47,446 nt of DNA from the IMG/VR virus record IMGVR_UViG_3300016665_000105, positions 1 to 47,446 of that record. One strand, written 5' to 3'. Every line of letters starts with the position of its first letter. The first letter of the stretch is position 1. Source of the DNA: a virus. Its lineage: Duplodnaviria > Caudoviricetes. The translations under genes were made by a program, and so were the position numbers. The notes under the pieces were generated by a model. It was not told where the DNA came from and did not search any database. It saw only the letters and a program-made list of their open reading frames with translations. Positions 8,042 through 17,191 of the stretch are shown here, piece after piece.

Positions 8042-8679
8042 TGCCTACAGTTTTCGCTGATACTTTCACGGGAACCAACGGGCAAGTTCTTTCAACGAGA
8101 ACTCCTTCGATTGGGACATCGTGGACCGCGCTTGCAAACGGAGCAAACGCAACGATTCAAAGCAACACGCTTGAGATCAACAACGCAACGACGGCGGGAT
8201 CTGAGTACAGAGCGATTGGCACGACCATCATTGCCGATGGTTACGTTGAAGCTGATTGCTGGACGCCAATCGTTACGATTGACCAAGTTAATTATGTTTT
8301 TAGGATGCGCGTCCAGAATTCTACAAATTTTTATTTTGCTGGATTTTCGCCCGCATCGTGGCTTCCTCCGGCTCTCACCATCTGGAGTAAGGTTGCTGGC
8401 TCTGATACTCTACTTGGTATCTTCCAATCTGGGTTTAATCCTCCCAGAAATCAATTCAACAAGGTTAGATTCAGCTGTCAAGGTACCTCGCTAACTGTAA
8501 ACTTTAACGGTGTGACAGTTATATCAATCACTAATAGTCAGTTTAGCACGGGATCTCATGCTGAGTTCCAAGCAAATGCTGACGCATCAAACAGTCTTTG
8601 CCGGATGGATAACTTTGTAGCATTCGAAGGTGTCCCCACGCTAGGTAAGTTTCGTCCCTACTACGCCGAATCCACATGA
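8041..8679 (+). CDS. putative ConA-like domain virion/fibre protein
   Basis: TGATG coupling; FADTFTG...W, SLTVNFNG, MDNF patterns. Confidence 0.6.
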   Translation: MPTVFADTFTGTNGQVLSTRTPSIGTSWTALANGANATIQSNTLEINNATTAGSEYRAIGTTIIADGYVEADCWTPIVTIDQVNYVFRMRVQNSTNFYFAGFSPASWLPPALTIWSKVAGSDTLLGIFQSGFNPPRNQFNKVRFSCQGTSLTVNFNGVTVISITNSQFSTGSHAEFQANADASNSLCRMDNFVAFEGVPTLGKFRPYYAEST

Positions 8680-9110
8680 TTAATACCGCATACCAAGTAG
8701 GTACGACTGGAGTAACCGTCTACCTCAGGGCATTCACCGTCACGACTGGCGATGTTGTCACCAGTTTGACCAACGGTACGTCTGGACTCTCCCTTTTCTA
8801 CGTTAGAAATCGAAACGCTCGCACTAACTTTACTCCAGCTGCTCAGACTGTCGGTGGCGTGTGGGCAGTTGGTGGCTTCATTCACGTTGCTGCTGGCGTT
8901 TATCGTGTCGATGTGCCTGACGCTGCCTTCGTTTCCGGTGTCGATTCTGTAATCATTGGAGCTGACGGCGTGGCAGACGTAATGTTTATCCCGGCTCGCG
9001 TTGATCTTCTCGGTGCGAATCCTCGCGCAGCTGTCATTAACGTCAACGTCGCACAGATCAACAGCACTACCGTCAACGGCAACGGCACTTCTTCTCCTTG
9101 GGGACCGTAA
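8676..9110 (+). CDS. putative structural protein (144 aa)
   Basis: ATGA coupling; GGFIHV..GVYRVDVPDAAF motif common in phage structural accessory genes. Confidence 0.65.
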   Translation: MINTAYQVGTTGVTVYLRAFTVTTGDVVTSLTNGTSGLSLFYVRNRNARTNFTPAAQTVGGVWAVGGFIHVAAGVYRVDVPDAAFVSGVDSVIIGADGVADVMFIPARVDLLGANPRAAVINVNVAQINSTTVNGNGTSSPWGP

Positions 9111-9113
9111 CAC

Positions 9114-10607
9114 ATGGCTGATAACGTCCAAATTTCTGCTGGCGCAGGCACGACGATTGCGACTGACGAGGCTGGGACCCCTCTTCGTCACTTCCAATAC
9201 GTCAAGCTTGTCGATGGAACGGAAGGTTCCACTACTCCCATCTCTGCTGTTGACGGTGGGCTGCATATCGCTGGCTACGAGCCCGACGGTGCGAAGCTTC
9301 TCGTTGGTACTGCACGCGAGCGTTTCTTCGATAACTTCCACACTTGGGATGTTTCTCCCACGGGTCCGTGGGAAATCGTACAAACTGGCGTGGACCACGG
9401 CATTACTGGTCCGCTTGGTGGTGCTGCTGCTGGTTCTTCTCCTTATATCCAGTTTACTTCCGGTACGGCGATCAATCAGCAAACCATCGTTCGCTCCCGC
9501 AGTAACTTCAAGGCTCCAGTCGAGCTTCGCTTTCAGCTGACGGCTGATACGCGTATCGTCAATACTACGTTCCGTATTGGCTTCCTTGAAGTTGATCCTA
9601 CTACTGGGGCAGTTATCACGGAAACTGTTCGTTCCACTGCTCCTGCTGTGCTGAACGCGCGCAACGCTGTGATGCACCAAGCTACTGGTACGGTTGCAAC
9701 TACCAGTGATCTCGTCGTTCGCTCTGCTGGTGCTGCCCTTGATACGCTTGCTACTGCTTTTGGTACTGGCTTCACCACCGTTGCAACTGGTACTGGGCCA
9801 AACTGGATCGCTGCCACGACGTATTCCATGTCGATGGAGCGTGATAAAGTTAATTCGCGTGCTTGGGGCCAGAATCTTCTCACGAATACTGGTGGTCAAT
9901 TCGGCTATGACCGCACGTTTCCTGACCTCACTAAGACGTACAAGCTCTATATCATCATCGAAACTGGTGCGACTGCGCCCGCAACTGCTGTAAACTGGCG
10001 TCTGCATAGCGTCAATCTGATGGATGCGACGCGCTTTGACATCTCTCCGCGCAATCCCGGTACGCAGGATGCGTCGAAGGCGATGTCCGTTGCGGTTGTC
10101 AATGCCCCTACCGTTACGGCTAACGTCGCTGGACAAACTGCACACGACGGTGTTCTTTCTGGTAATCCAGTCCGTATCGGTGCCCGTGCGATTTCTGCTG
10201 CATACGCTACTGTTGCAACTGGCGATGCGGCGGATCTTATCTCCACTCTGCAAGGTGTTCTCGTCACTCGTCCGTGGCAGATCCCTGAACTTGAGTGGAG
10301 CTTTGCATCGGCTGCTGGTGGTGTGATTAATACTACCGACGTCGTGCTTGCGGCTGCGGCTGGTGCCGGTCTTCGTCGATACATTAACAGCATGACACTT
10401 TCTAACAACAGTGCAACTGCCACGGAAGTCGTGTTGAAGGATGGTGCCACGATCATTTGGCGTGGGCATCTTCCGGCGAACGCACCAAACATCAACATCA
10501 ACTTCCAGAGTCCGCTTCGCACTACGGCCAATGCTGCTCTGAACTTTGCTTGCATTACCACTGCCGCAGCTGTCTACGTTAACGCGCAAGGCTATACGGC
10601 TGCATGA
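9114..10607 (+). CDS. putative fibre/virion protein (497 aa)
   Basis: MADNV...IATDE...HFQYVKL N-terminus; T/A/G-rich beta composition. Confidence 0.7.
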   Translation: MADNVQISAGAGTTIATDEAGTPLRHFQYVKLVDGTEGSTTPISAVDGGLHIAGYEPDGAKLLVGTARERFFDNFHTWDVSPTGPWEIVQTGVDHGITGPLGGAAAGSSPYIQFTSGTAINQQTIVRSRSNFKAPVELRFQLTADTRIVNTTFRIGFLEVDPTTGAVITETVRSTAPAVLNARNAVMHQATGTVATTSDLVVRSAGAALDTLATAFGTGFTTVATGTGPNWIAATTYSMSMERDKVNSRAWGQNLLTNTGGQFGYDRTFPDLTKTYKLYIIIETGATAPATAVNWRLHSVNLMDATRFDISPRNPGTQDASKAMSVAVVNAPTVTANVAGQTAHDGVLSGNPVRIGARAISAAYATVATGDAADLISTLQGVLVTRPWQIPELEWSFASAAGGVINTTDVVLAAAAGAGLRRYINSMTLSNNSATATEVVLKDGATIIWRGHLPANAPNININFQSPLRTTANAALNFACITTAAAVYVNAQGYTAA

Positions 10608-10768
10608 TAACTACCCAGCATGCCGAGTACATCGAAGGCGGCTGGTTTGTTACTGCGCTCTATGTAGATGCAAGCGGAACAAGACTGGCCAGTTACATCG
10701 TAGACCTACCTGAAACTGCGACAGTCACTGAACTCGAAGCATACATCATCCTTCTGCTCACGGGATAA
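10604..10768 (+). CDS. small hypothetical protein (54 aa, MITTQHAEYIEGGW...), not in ORF track
   Basis: ATGA overlap with upstream stop and TAATG overlap with next start. Confidence 0.65.
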   Translation: MITTQHAEYIEGGWFVTALYVDASGTRLASYIVDLPETATVTELEAYIILLLTG

Positions 10769-10974
10769 TGCTCGTACTTCTGCTTAAGGCAGAACCTGTA
10801 CTCCCTCCGTATGAGCCTGCTACTCCACCTTGGGTTGCTGATTGCTGGCAACCTGGGGTGTGGGGCAGGAATACATGGGGAGAAGGTTCTACTCCGCCAA
10901 CTCCCGGCGGAACTGGATTTGGTACTCCTGCATATAAGAAGCGTTTCTACTGGTACTTCCGTCGGAGGAAATAA
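10768..10974 (+). CDS. small Pro/Trp/Gly-rich protein (68 aa)
   Basis: Coupled start; basic C-terminus. Confidence 0.6.
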   Translation: MLVLLLKAEPVLPPYEPATPPWVADCWQPGVWGRNTWGEGSTPPTPGGTGFGTPAYKKRFYWYFRRRK

Positions 10975-10975
10975 C

Positions 10976-11125
10976 ATGCCGCTCAAGAAGGGCTCTTCTA
11001 ACAAGACTATCTCCGCAAATATTCGTAAGGAGATGAAGTCTGGTAAGCCTCAGAAGCAAGCCATCGCTATCGCTCTTTCTGCGGCTGGTAAGTCCAAGAA
11101 GAAGGCGAAGAAGCGGAGTAAGTAA
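10976..11125 (+). CDS. small basic protein ([19 protein letters not shown]...QAIAIALS, 49 aa)
   Basis: GGAGG SD; widespread small basic phage protein motif; TAATG coupling to next gene. Confidence 0.8.
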   Translation: MPLKKGSSNKTISANIRKEMKSGKPQKQAIAIALSAAGKSKKKAKKRSK

Positions 11126-12828
11126 TGCCTCGTCTATATTCCAATAGAGCGCAGACGACTCTCGCTTCGTCTATCAACAACGTCACAAATACGATCACCG
11201 TAGCAAACGGTGCAGTCTTTCCTACTCCAGTCAACAACGACTTCGCTATCCTGACGATCCAAAGCGGCGCACTCTTTGAGCGTGTCCGTCTGACGGCTCG
11301 TGCTGGTAACGTACTCACTGTTGTTCGTGGAGCGGACGGAACTACTGCACAGAGTTTCACGGCGCCCACATCTACCGTAAGTCTTAACCCTACGGCATCC
11401 TCCTTTGAGGATATTCCTTACTATGGAAATCCTGAAGGCAAGACGGGCATCTTCTCTGGTGGTGACATCGTTGGTGTAACCACTGGGTTGAACATTACCA
11501 TTGGTGCTGGAACTGGCATCCTCAATGGTAAGTATCTTTCGTGGGCACAGCAGACCGTTACGACACCTAATGCTAATTCTATGGTGTTCATTAACGGTTC
11601 TGGAGTGTTGGCTGCGCGAAGCATTGCAGGCGGAGAGACACTTCCCATTCCCGCCGAGATCCCAGTCTACCGTACATTCGTGACGGCTGGTGCAATTTCT
11701 GCAATCATTCCTGCTCACACTTACGTTCGTCAGGGGCCTCGCGGATACCTTGATCCGTATGCCTTTGTGCGAGCTTGCGTCGTGCCATCTGGTCCGTATG
11801 CTGGTGCTGTGGCGCAAACTCCGGGTGCAAATATCAATTGGTACTTCTCGAACATGGGGTTGTATCCCTTCTGCGAGGAGCTTCCTTCAATTGTACAGGC
11901 GCACCTTGACGTACAAAACACTGCGATCTGGTCCTCTGCCACCGGAACTGGCAGCACGAATTGGACCACGTTACACGGTACAACTTGGAATAACTACTTC
12001 AACTGGCCCTTCGACGTAAACACTCCGACGGGAACTCCTGCACTTGTTCGTGCAGACTCTCACGGAGCATACGCTGGAGCATATGCACGACTTGCTGTGC
12101 GCTTTGCACGGAAGGCTCCCAACGGACTTGCTTGGTGGGACGCTAACGTAGGCTCCGTGCAGAATGCTCTTTATCAAAACATCTACCTTCGTCAGCGTCT
12201 TGCTGCTGGTTACGCCACGGAAACATTCCAAGATCCTACGGTTTATCCATTCTGTCAAACGATGGACAACACCGAGGTCTATCGTGGCTACTCCGACGCA
12301 GTTGCTCTCATGACGGAGCGTGGTGGGGCACAAGCAGCATGGGCTGCACTCTACGGAGGAGCTGCAACCAACGTGAGAAGTGCCCTTCAGGGCTTCTGGA
12401 GTAACACTGCAAACATCAACGGTGAGACTGGATGGCTTTCCGTTCGCTTTAACAACGGTGCCGGCACCATCGACACCAATAATCACACCAATTTCTATCC
12501 TGATATTCAAGTCTACGCTCACCTTTTTGCGATGGATGTCCCGCTGCATACCGATTACAACACGAATCGGGATCGCTTGGAGCGTTCTTTCAACTGGATG
12601 CTCTCAAAGACTCCTTGGGCATGGACCAATGGTCGCTCTTACGACGTGTTTCCTTGGGGTTTTGGCGCTGCGGCAGCAGCAAAAGCAGGACGTTACGACC
12701 TTGCACTTGACTGGATCAAGAGTTTTGAGCTGAACTTTCTCTACAACGCCATCGGATACGTTCAGATTCAAGAGGTTGGGTGGTACAAGTACACACAACG
12801 TGTGCTTGGTGGGGAAACTCTTTCCTAA
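11125..12828 (+). CDS. tail fibre/spike with probable six-hairpin glycosidase-like C-terminal domain
   Basis: N-terminal anchor pattern SNRAQTTLA...TVVRGADGT; C-terminal ADSHGAYAG, MDNTEVYRG, FYPD motifs, Trp/Tyr-rich helices. Confidence 0.6.
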   Translation: MPRLYSNRAQTTLASSINNVTNTITVANGAVFPTPVNNDFAILTIQSGALFERVRLTARAGNVLTVVRGADGTTAQSFTAPTSTVSLNPTASSFEDIPYYGNPEGKTGIFSGGDIVGVTTGLNITIGAGTGILNGKYLSWAQQTVTTPNANSMVFINGSGVLAARSIAGGETLPIPAEIPVYRTFVTAGAISAIIPAHTYVRQGPRGYLDPYAFVRACVVPSGPYAGAVAQTPGANINWYFSNMGLYPFCEELPSIVQAHLDVQNTAIWSSATGTGSTNWTTLHGTTWNNYFNWPFDVNTPTGTPALVRADSHGAYAGAYARLAVRFARKAPNGLAWWDANVGSVQNALYQNIYLRQRLAAGYATETFQDPTVYPFCQTMDNTEVYRGYSDAVALMTERGGAQAAWAALYGGAATNVRSALQGFWSNTANINGETGWLSVRFNNGAGTIDTNNHTNFYPDIQVYAHLFAMDVPLHTDYNTNRDRLERSFNWMLSKTPWAWTNGRSYDVFPWGFGAAAAAKAGRYDLALDWIKSFELNFLYNAIGYVQIQEVGWYKYTQRVLGGETLS

Positions 12829-12840
12829 GGGAGCTATGTC

Positions 12841-12921
12841 ATGCCAAAGAAGACGACTAAAAAGGAGAAGATGTGCCCAAAGTGCAAGAAGCCGATGTCG
12901 AAGTGCAAGTGTAAGTACTGA
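12841..12921 (+). CDS. 26-aa basic Cys-rich peptide MPKKTTKKEKMCPKCKKPMSKCKCKY
   Basis: AAGGGAG SD; CxxC...CxC; TGATG coupling to next ORF. Confidence 0.55.
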   Translation: MPKKTTKKEKMCPKCKKPMSKCKCKY

Positions 12922-13055
12922 TGGCTGGGAAACCAACGAAGGTAGGGAACGCATTCAAGCTTCCAAAGCCTTCAGCGAAGGGCCCGAAGCCCAAAATGAC
13001 GTACAACAAGCGTCTTCTCACCAAGATGAAGACTCGTCTTAAGCGTTCACCGTGA
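12921..13055 (+). CDS. 44-aa basic peptide (MAGKPTKVGNAFKLPKP...)
   Basis: Coupled start, fills the gap up to terS. Confidence 0.55.
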   Translation: MAGKPTKVGNAFKLPKPSAKGPKPKMTYNKRLLTKMKTRLKRSP

Positions 13056-13062
13056 GGTAAAG

Positions 13063-13716
13063 ATGGCTGGCGCCGTCGGAAACGTTCCTAATCGAAGTGG
13101 TTTTGCTTCCTACGTCGTCAAGGATTGGCAAGCATGGATGACTGAGGCTGTCATTCTGCATGCTTCGGGCATGTCGATTCCTGAACTCCGTGTTAAGTTT
13201 GGTCGCGGTGATAGTCACATCCGCAACATCCTTAACACGGAGCAGGCTCGCGAAATTGTCCGAAAGATCGAAGCACAATCCTTAAAAAACGTCGAAGCAA
13301 GCTCATCTTCCAAGCTTTCAGCTATTCGTGACTCAGCTTTGTCCTCCATGCAGCAGATGCTTGACAGAGATGATCTCAAGATAAAGTCACCTTTTGCATT
13401 TTGGGAAGCAGCTCGCAAGACGTTGGATACTGTATCTCGCATGTCTGCCCCACCGCCTCCGGCTCCAGCTCCAGGCGCAACCGTAAATATCCAGCAGAAC
13501 ATCGTGAACGCATCGCCAACGATGCTCAGTCAACTACGTTCTGCTCCGTCTATGGCCTCCATCGAAGTGCCGGATAATGTCGAATATCTCGGATCTCCAC
13601 CTCCCGTCCAGCAAGCTGAGGGACCAGTTCTCAGATCAGGAGTTCACGGATCTCAGAATCAAAGCAAAAACGGATTTACTCTTCTTAGCACAGGGAGTCC
13701 TCCTTCCTCCAAGTAA
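13063..13716 (+). CDS. putative terminase small subunit (N-terminal HTH-like)
   Basis: GAGG SD; SGMSIPELRVKFGRGDSHIRNIL HTH-like segment; directly upstream of TerL. Confidence 0.6.
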   Translation: MAGAVGNVPNRSGFASYVVKDWQAWMTEAVILHASGMSIPELRVKFGRGDSHIRNILNTEQAREIVRKIEAQSLKNVEASSSSKLSAIRDSALSSMQQMLDRDDLKIKSPFAFWEAARKTLDTVSRMSAPPPPAPAPGATVNIQQNIVNASPTMLSQLRSAPSMASIEVPDNVEYLGSPPPVQQAEGPVLRSGVHGSQNQSKNGFTLLSTGSPPSSK

Positions 13717-15172
13717 GCTGGAAGGTTCTCGTTCCGACTATCCAGTATTTCGTCATCTCTTTGCGTGGCTGAAGCGACACGAAGTTTCGCAGAATCGTCT
13801 TGTTCTTCTTCCTCGTTCGCATCGCAAGACTACATATGCGACAGCGATGGACGCTTTGCAGACAGCTCTGCCTGACGACGCGGATGTTTGTCCGTATCCT
13901 CGCAATCTCGGACCCAACGTTCGCATTGCAATCATGCACGAAACGGACACGATGGCGTCCAACATCCTGCATGAAATTAAGAACTGGGTTCTTTCCAACG
14001 ACACGCTACGCTTTCTCTTTCCTGACATCATCCCAGAATCTCGGACGCGCCGCGTAAACACTTCACAGCTTGAGTTCAATCGTCAAGCAACGTGGAAGGA
14101 ACCTACGTTTGAAACGATGGGCGTCGGCACGAAGGGTCAAGGACGTCACTACAATCGTCTGAAGCTCGACGACATTTACGGAACGGAAGCACGAGATAGT
14201 CCCACGGCTCGCGCAAAGACGAAGCAATGGTTCGACGAACTCCAGCCATTCCTCGTTACTCCTAAGACGGACGGCTTCGATCTCGTAGGAACACGATACG
14301 ATCACGAAGACGTATACGCGCACGCGATGGACAAGTTCGGAGAGAAGCTTCCACGTTACATTCGCTCCGTCATTGAGTTCAATCCAGAGACTCAGCTATA
14401 CGAGCCCATCTTTCCGGAGATGTTCACTCTAGAGTCTCTGGAAGAACTCAAGAAGAACCAGAAAATTTGGACTTCTAACTATCTCAACGCTCCAGACTTC
14501 CGTGAAACTCGCGATCTTGACCCTTCTTGGATCAGGAACTTCGAGTGGCTTGATAACTCAAAGAAGACCGTGGTTGGTTTCACAGGCACGGAGCGCATCA
14601 AGCGTCATGTCGATCAGCTAGATAAGCTTCTCTTCATCGACCCTGCTGTCGAAGGGGATGCTGGTTGGATCATCACAGGATCAGATTACGTTTCTAACAA
14701 GCCTCATATCTTTTGCTTGGAATCTTTCCGTGGGCCCATCCCTCCGGATAAGATGATCGCAAAGATCTTCACAGCGGTAGAGAAGTGGGGCCTTCGCGCA
14801 GTTGTGATTGAGGAAGTCCTCTTCTCTAGACTGTATCGCCACTGGCTTCAGTCTGAGATGCGGCATCGCAACTTCTTCTTCACGATCATTCCTGCAAAGA
14901 CGAAGCAACGAGACAAGGATGCTCGCGTTCTTGGTTTGACTCCATACTTTAACGCAGGACAAGTCTTCTTCCATAAGGATCAGCAAGCTCTGCATACTGA
15001 ATATATGCAGTTCGGCTTGGGATCTTCGTATCACATCCTCGATGCGCTTGCATATGGTCCTGAGTTCTGGCGTGCAGCCGTGGATCGTGGAGCCATCGTG
15101 CGTCGTAAGAGTGCAGAAGAGAAGTTCTTGTCTCTTCGGAATCCTGTCACCGGCTACACGAGGATTGCATGA
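13577..15172 (+). CDS. terL: terminase large subunit
   Basis: Walker A-like LPRSHRKTT, Walker B LKLDD, GTRY coupling motif, nuclease FIDPA / VVIEE / LDALAY. Confidence 0.9.
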   Translation: MSNISDLHLPSSKLRDQFSDQEFTDLRIKAKTDLLFLAQGVLLPPSKLEGSRSDYPVFRHLFAWLKRHEVSQNRLVLLPRSHRKTTYATAMDALQTALPDDADVCPYPRNLGPNVRIAIMHETDTMASNILHEIKNWVLSNDTLRFLFPDIIPESRTRRVNTSQLEFNRQATWKEPTFETMGVGTKGQGRHYNRLKLDDIYGTEARDSPTARAKTKQWFDELQPFLVTPKTDGFDLVGTRYDHEDVYAHAMDKFGEKLPRYIRSVIEFNPETQLYEPIFPEMFTLESLEELKKNQKIWTSNYLNAPDFRETRDLDPSWIRNFEWLDNSKKTVVGFTGTERIKRHVDQLDKLLFIDPAVEGDAGWIITGSDYVSNKPHIFCLESFRGPIPPDKMIAKIFTAVEKWGLRAVVIEEVLFSRLYRHWLQSEMRHRNFFFTIIPAKTKQRDKDARVLGLTPYFNAGQVFFHKDQQALHTEYMQFGLGSSYHILDALAYGPEFWRAAVDRGAIVRRKSAEEKFLSLRNPVTGYTRIA

Positions 15173-15426
15173 GGCTCCAGCAACTCCAACAATCCCGCGC
15201 TACGACTCTCACCGGAAGTCTTGCAGCTATCTCCGGTATCATCATCGCTTTGATCCCACGCAACGTATGGGATGCTTGCTCCACTGCTGTGCAGGAGACT
15301 GGCTCCCCGCTCTTCACTAGCGTTCTTCTCATCGCAGGGATCTCTCTAACTGTTATCGGTCCTTCCCTTGCATCTCGACCCCAAGAGCGACGCGGCGAAG
15401 ATCATACGCCGGATGAAGCGTCTTAA
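15169..15426 (+). CDS. two-TM membrane protein, holin candidate
   Basis: ATGA coupling; two hydrophobic helices and a charged C-tail. Confidence 0.5.
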   Translation: MRLQQLQQSRATTLTGSLAAISGIIIALIPRNVWDACSTAVQETGSPLFTSVLLIAGISLTVIGPSLASRPQERRGEDHTPDEAS

Positions 15427-15697
15427 GAAGAGCTTCGTTCCACGCAAGGAATTTCTGAAGAAGTGGTCCACGCTCCGCAACGCACTATACAAGACTCCAG
15501 AGTATCAATGCTTCCTGCGAGAAGTGAGACTTCGAGCCTTGTATATGTGCGAGCGGGTGTGCGGCAAGAAGGGAAGGCACGTTCATCATAAGGTTCGTGT
15601 ATACGACGATCCTACTCTTGCGGTTGAACCTGACAATGGAGAGTTCTTATGCGTAGCGTGCCACCGCAAGGAGCACAAACATTCCAAGACCACTTGA
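15413..15697 (+). CDS. HNH endonuclease (packaging-associated type)
   Basis: CxxxC...VHHK...DN...LCxxCHxxxH; start uncertain (15368 TTG or 15413 ATG). Confidence 0.85.
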   Translation: MKRLKKSFVPRKEFLKKWSTLRNALYKTPEYQCFLREVRLRALYMCERVCGKKGRHVHHKVRVYDDPTLAVEPDNGEFLCVACHRKEHKHSKTT

Positions 15698-15702
15698 ATA
15701 AA

Positions 15703-16365
15703 ATGATGCAAACACTTGGCGTAAAGGCAAGCATCCCACAAATGCCTACTATGCCCACGAATGCAATGCCGACACCAGAAGAGCTAGGCGCAAGTAACTT
15801 TGCTCCGCTTATGACGCAAATGGTGGATCCCCGTAGCGGATATAACACATTCACTAACATGCTTGGCGACATCGTTGAGCGCACAGGTAATGCAAACTTT
15901 CGAAACAACAATTTTGGAAACATGCGTTGGAGTTCTTGGCAAAAGCAATTCGGGGGACAGCGTGGGGCCAACAGAGACTTCACTGTGTTTCCTACGCCAG
16001 AAGCTGGACGTGAAGCATTGTATCATCTGCTATTCAATCTGAAGTACAAGGATCTTAACATCAAGCAGATGGTTCCAAAGTATGCTCCAAAGAAAGACAA
16101 CAATGATGAGAAGCAGTACACAAAGTTTCTTATGGAAGGCATGGGCGGAAATCCTGTTCTCGGTAAGCTGAAGGAAAAAGATCGGCAGAAGTTCCTTGAT
16201 CTCGTCATGACCATGGAAGGAATAAGAAATCCCAATGCACAGAGTGGCGTACCGTCTGAGCGCATCATTGGCAGGGCCACTCCCATGATTGGTCAAGCAG
16301 ATACCTTCAAGCTAGCGGACATGGCTCGTGCATTGCAAGCGAAAGCGCCCACATCTTCCCGTTGA
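15703..16365 (+). CDS. putative virion peptidoglycan hydrolase (RNNNxGN family)
   Basis: RNNNFGNMR...FPTPEAG..A...L...KYAP..DNND...Y and MEG motifs. Confidence 0.7.
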   Translation: MMQTLGVKASIPQMPTMPTNAMPTPEELGASNFAPLMTQMVDPRSGYNTFTNMLGDIVERTGNANFRNNNFGNMRWSSWQKQFGGQRGANRDFTVFPTPEAGREALYHLLFNLKYKDLNIKQMVPKYAPKKDNNDEKQYTKFLMEGMGGNPVLGKLKEKDRQKFLDLVMTMEGIRNPNAQSGVPSERIIGRATPMIGQADTFKLADMARALQAKAPTSSR

Positions 16366-16405
16366 CGCACCGACCTACTAGAGTCAGTCTACCACAGGAG
16401 CGCAG

Positions 16406-16666
16406 ATGAGTAAAGATCCGCGTCTTGCAAGAGCGGGAGTTTCTGGGTACAATAAGCCCAAGCGCACTCCCAATCATCCAACGAAGTCTCACGTCGTTGT
16501 CGCAAAGCAGGGCGATACTATCAAGACGATTCGCTTCGGACAACAGGGTGTCACGGGAGATAAGTCTCCCACGAAGCGCCAAGCATCCTTCAAGGCACGT
16601 CACGCGAAGAACATCGCGAAGGGTAAACTCTCAGCCGCTTACTGGGCGGACAAGGTGAAATGGTGA
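16406..16666 (+). CDS. small basic conserved phage protein (86 aa)
   Basis: AGGAG SD; KSHVVVAK...IRFGQQG...FKARH...SAAYWADKVKW motif. Confidence 0.85.
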   Translation: MSKDPRLARAGVSGYNKPKRTPNHPTKSHVVVAKQGDTIKTIRFGQQGVTGDKSPTKRQASFKARHAKNIAKGKLSAAYWADKVKW

Positions 16667-16821
16667 TGAAGAAGCCATTCTGGGATAAAGCCAATCCGAA
16701 GAAGCAGAGCAAGAAGCTTTCTCCTGCACAGAAGTCCGCTGCGAAGGCTCGCGCCAAGAAGGCTGGGCGTCCATACCCAAACCTTGTTGATAACGCTGCT
16801 GCTTCACGAAAGAAGAAGTGA
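16666..16821 (+). CDS. small basic protein (51 aa, ...AKARAKKAGRPYPNLVDN...), not in ORF track
   Basis: TGATG coupling; recognisable small phage protein motif. Confidence 0.75.
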   Translation: MKKPFWDKANPKKQSKKLSPAQKSAAKARAKKAGRPYPNLVDNAAASRKKK

Positions 16822-16865
16822 TACCGAAGCTGCGTCCGTGAGCGCAGCGAACACGCAGCAAGGTA

Positions 16866-16956
16866 GCCCCCACACCGAAACCTGCGGGAACGCACCGAAA
16901 GGGAGCCACCACACCGTCCCGAAGAGCCCCGCCGGAACCTGCCCCCACACCGAAAC
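16866..16956 (+). repeat. 16-bp direct repeat GCCCCCACACCGAAAC x2 with partial copies
   Basis: Exact copies at 16866-16881 and 16941-16956; partial copies at 16892 and 16905. Confidence 0.8.
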
Positions 16957-16972
16957 TATTCGGAGCGCACAG

Positions 16973-17191
16973 ATGGCAGCCTTGGATGAGATTAACGTAG
17001 ATGCTCTTGAGCCAGAGACTACGTCTGATATTGTCAAGGATTCTATTGCCAAGCTTTTCTGGCATTGGTATCACATGAATCTTGATCATCCCGTCACTAC
17101 GATCAGAGTTTGGTTCATTCGCAGGACTGTTCAAGTCAAGGATCTGAAGGCAATCTTTGAGCTTCTTTTTGGCCCTGTCAGGTACGTCTGA
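16973..17191 (+). CDS. hypothetical protein (72 aa, MAALDEIN...)
   Basis: GGAG SD; TGATG coupling to portal. Confidence 0.7.
   Translation: MAALDEINVDALEPETTSDIVKDSIAKLFWHWYHMNLDHPVTTIRVWFIRRTVQVKDLKAIFELLFGPVRYV

Noticed and set aside
8661-10589. 642-aa minus-strand ORF
   Set aside because: Antisense shadow of genes 8676 and 9114; Ser/Arg-rich with no motif or SD, explained by sense-strand codon bias
13800-13835. Defective TerL Walker A (PRSHRKTT)
   Set aside because: PRxHxK(S/T) variants are common in this type of terminase and other motifs are intact
16866-16956. Mini CRISPR array
   Set aside because: Only two 16-bp repeats with a 59-bp interval containing partial copies; the Cas4-like gene belongs to the recombination module
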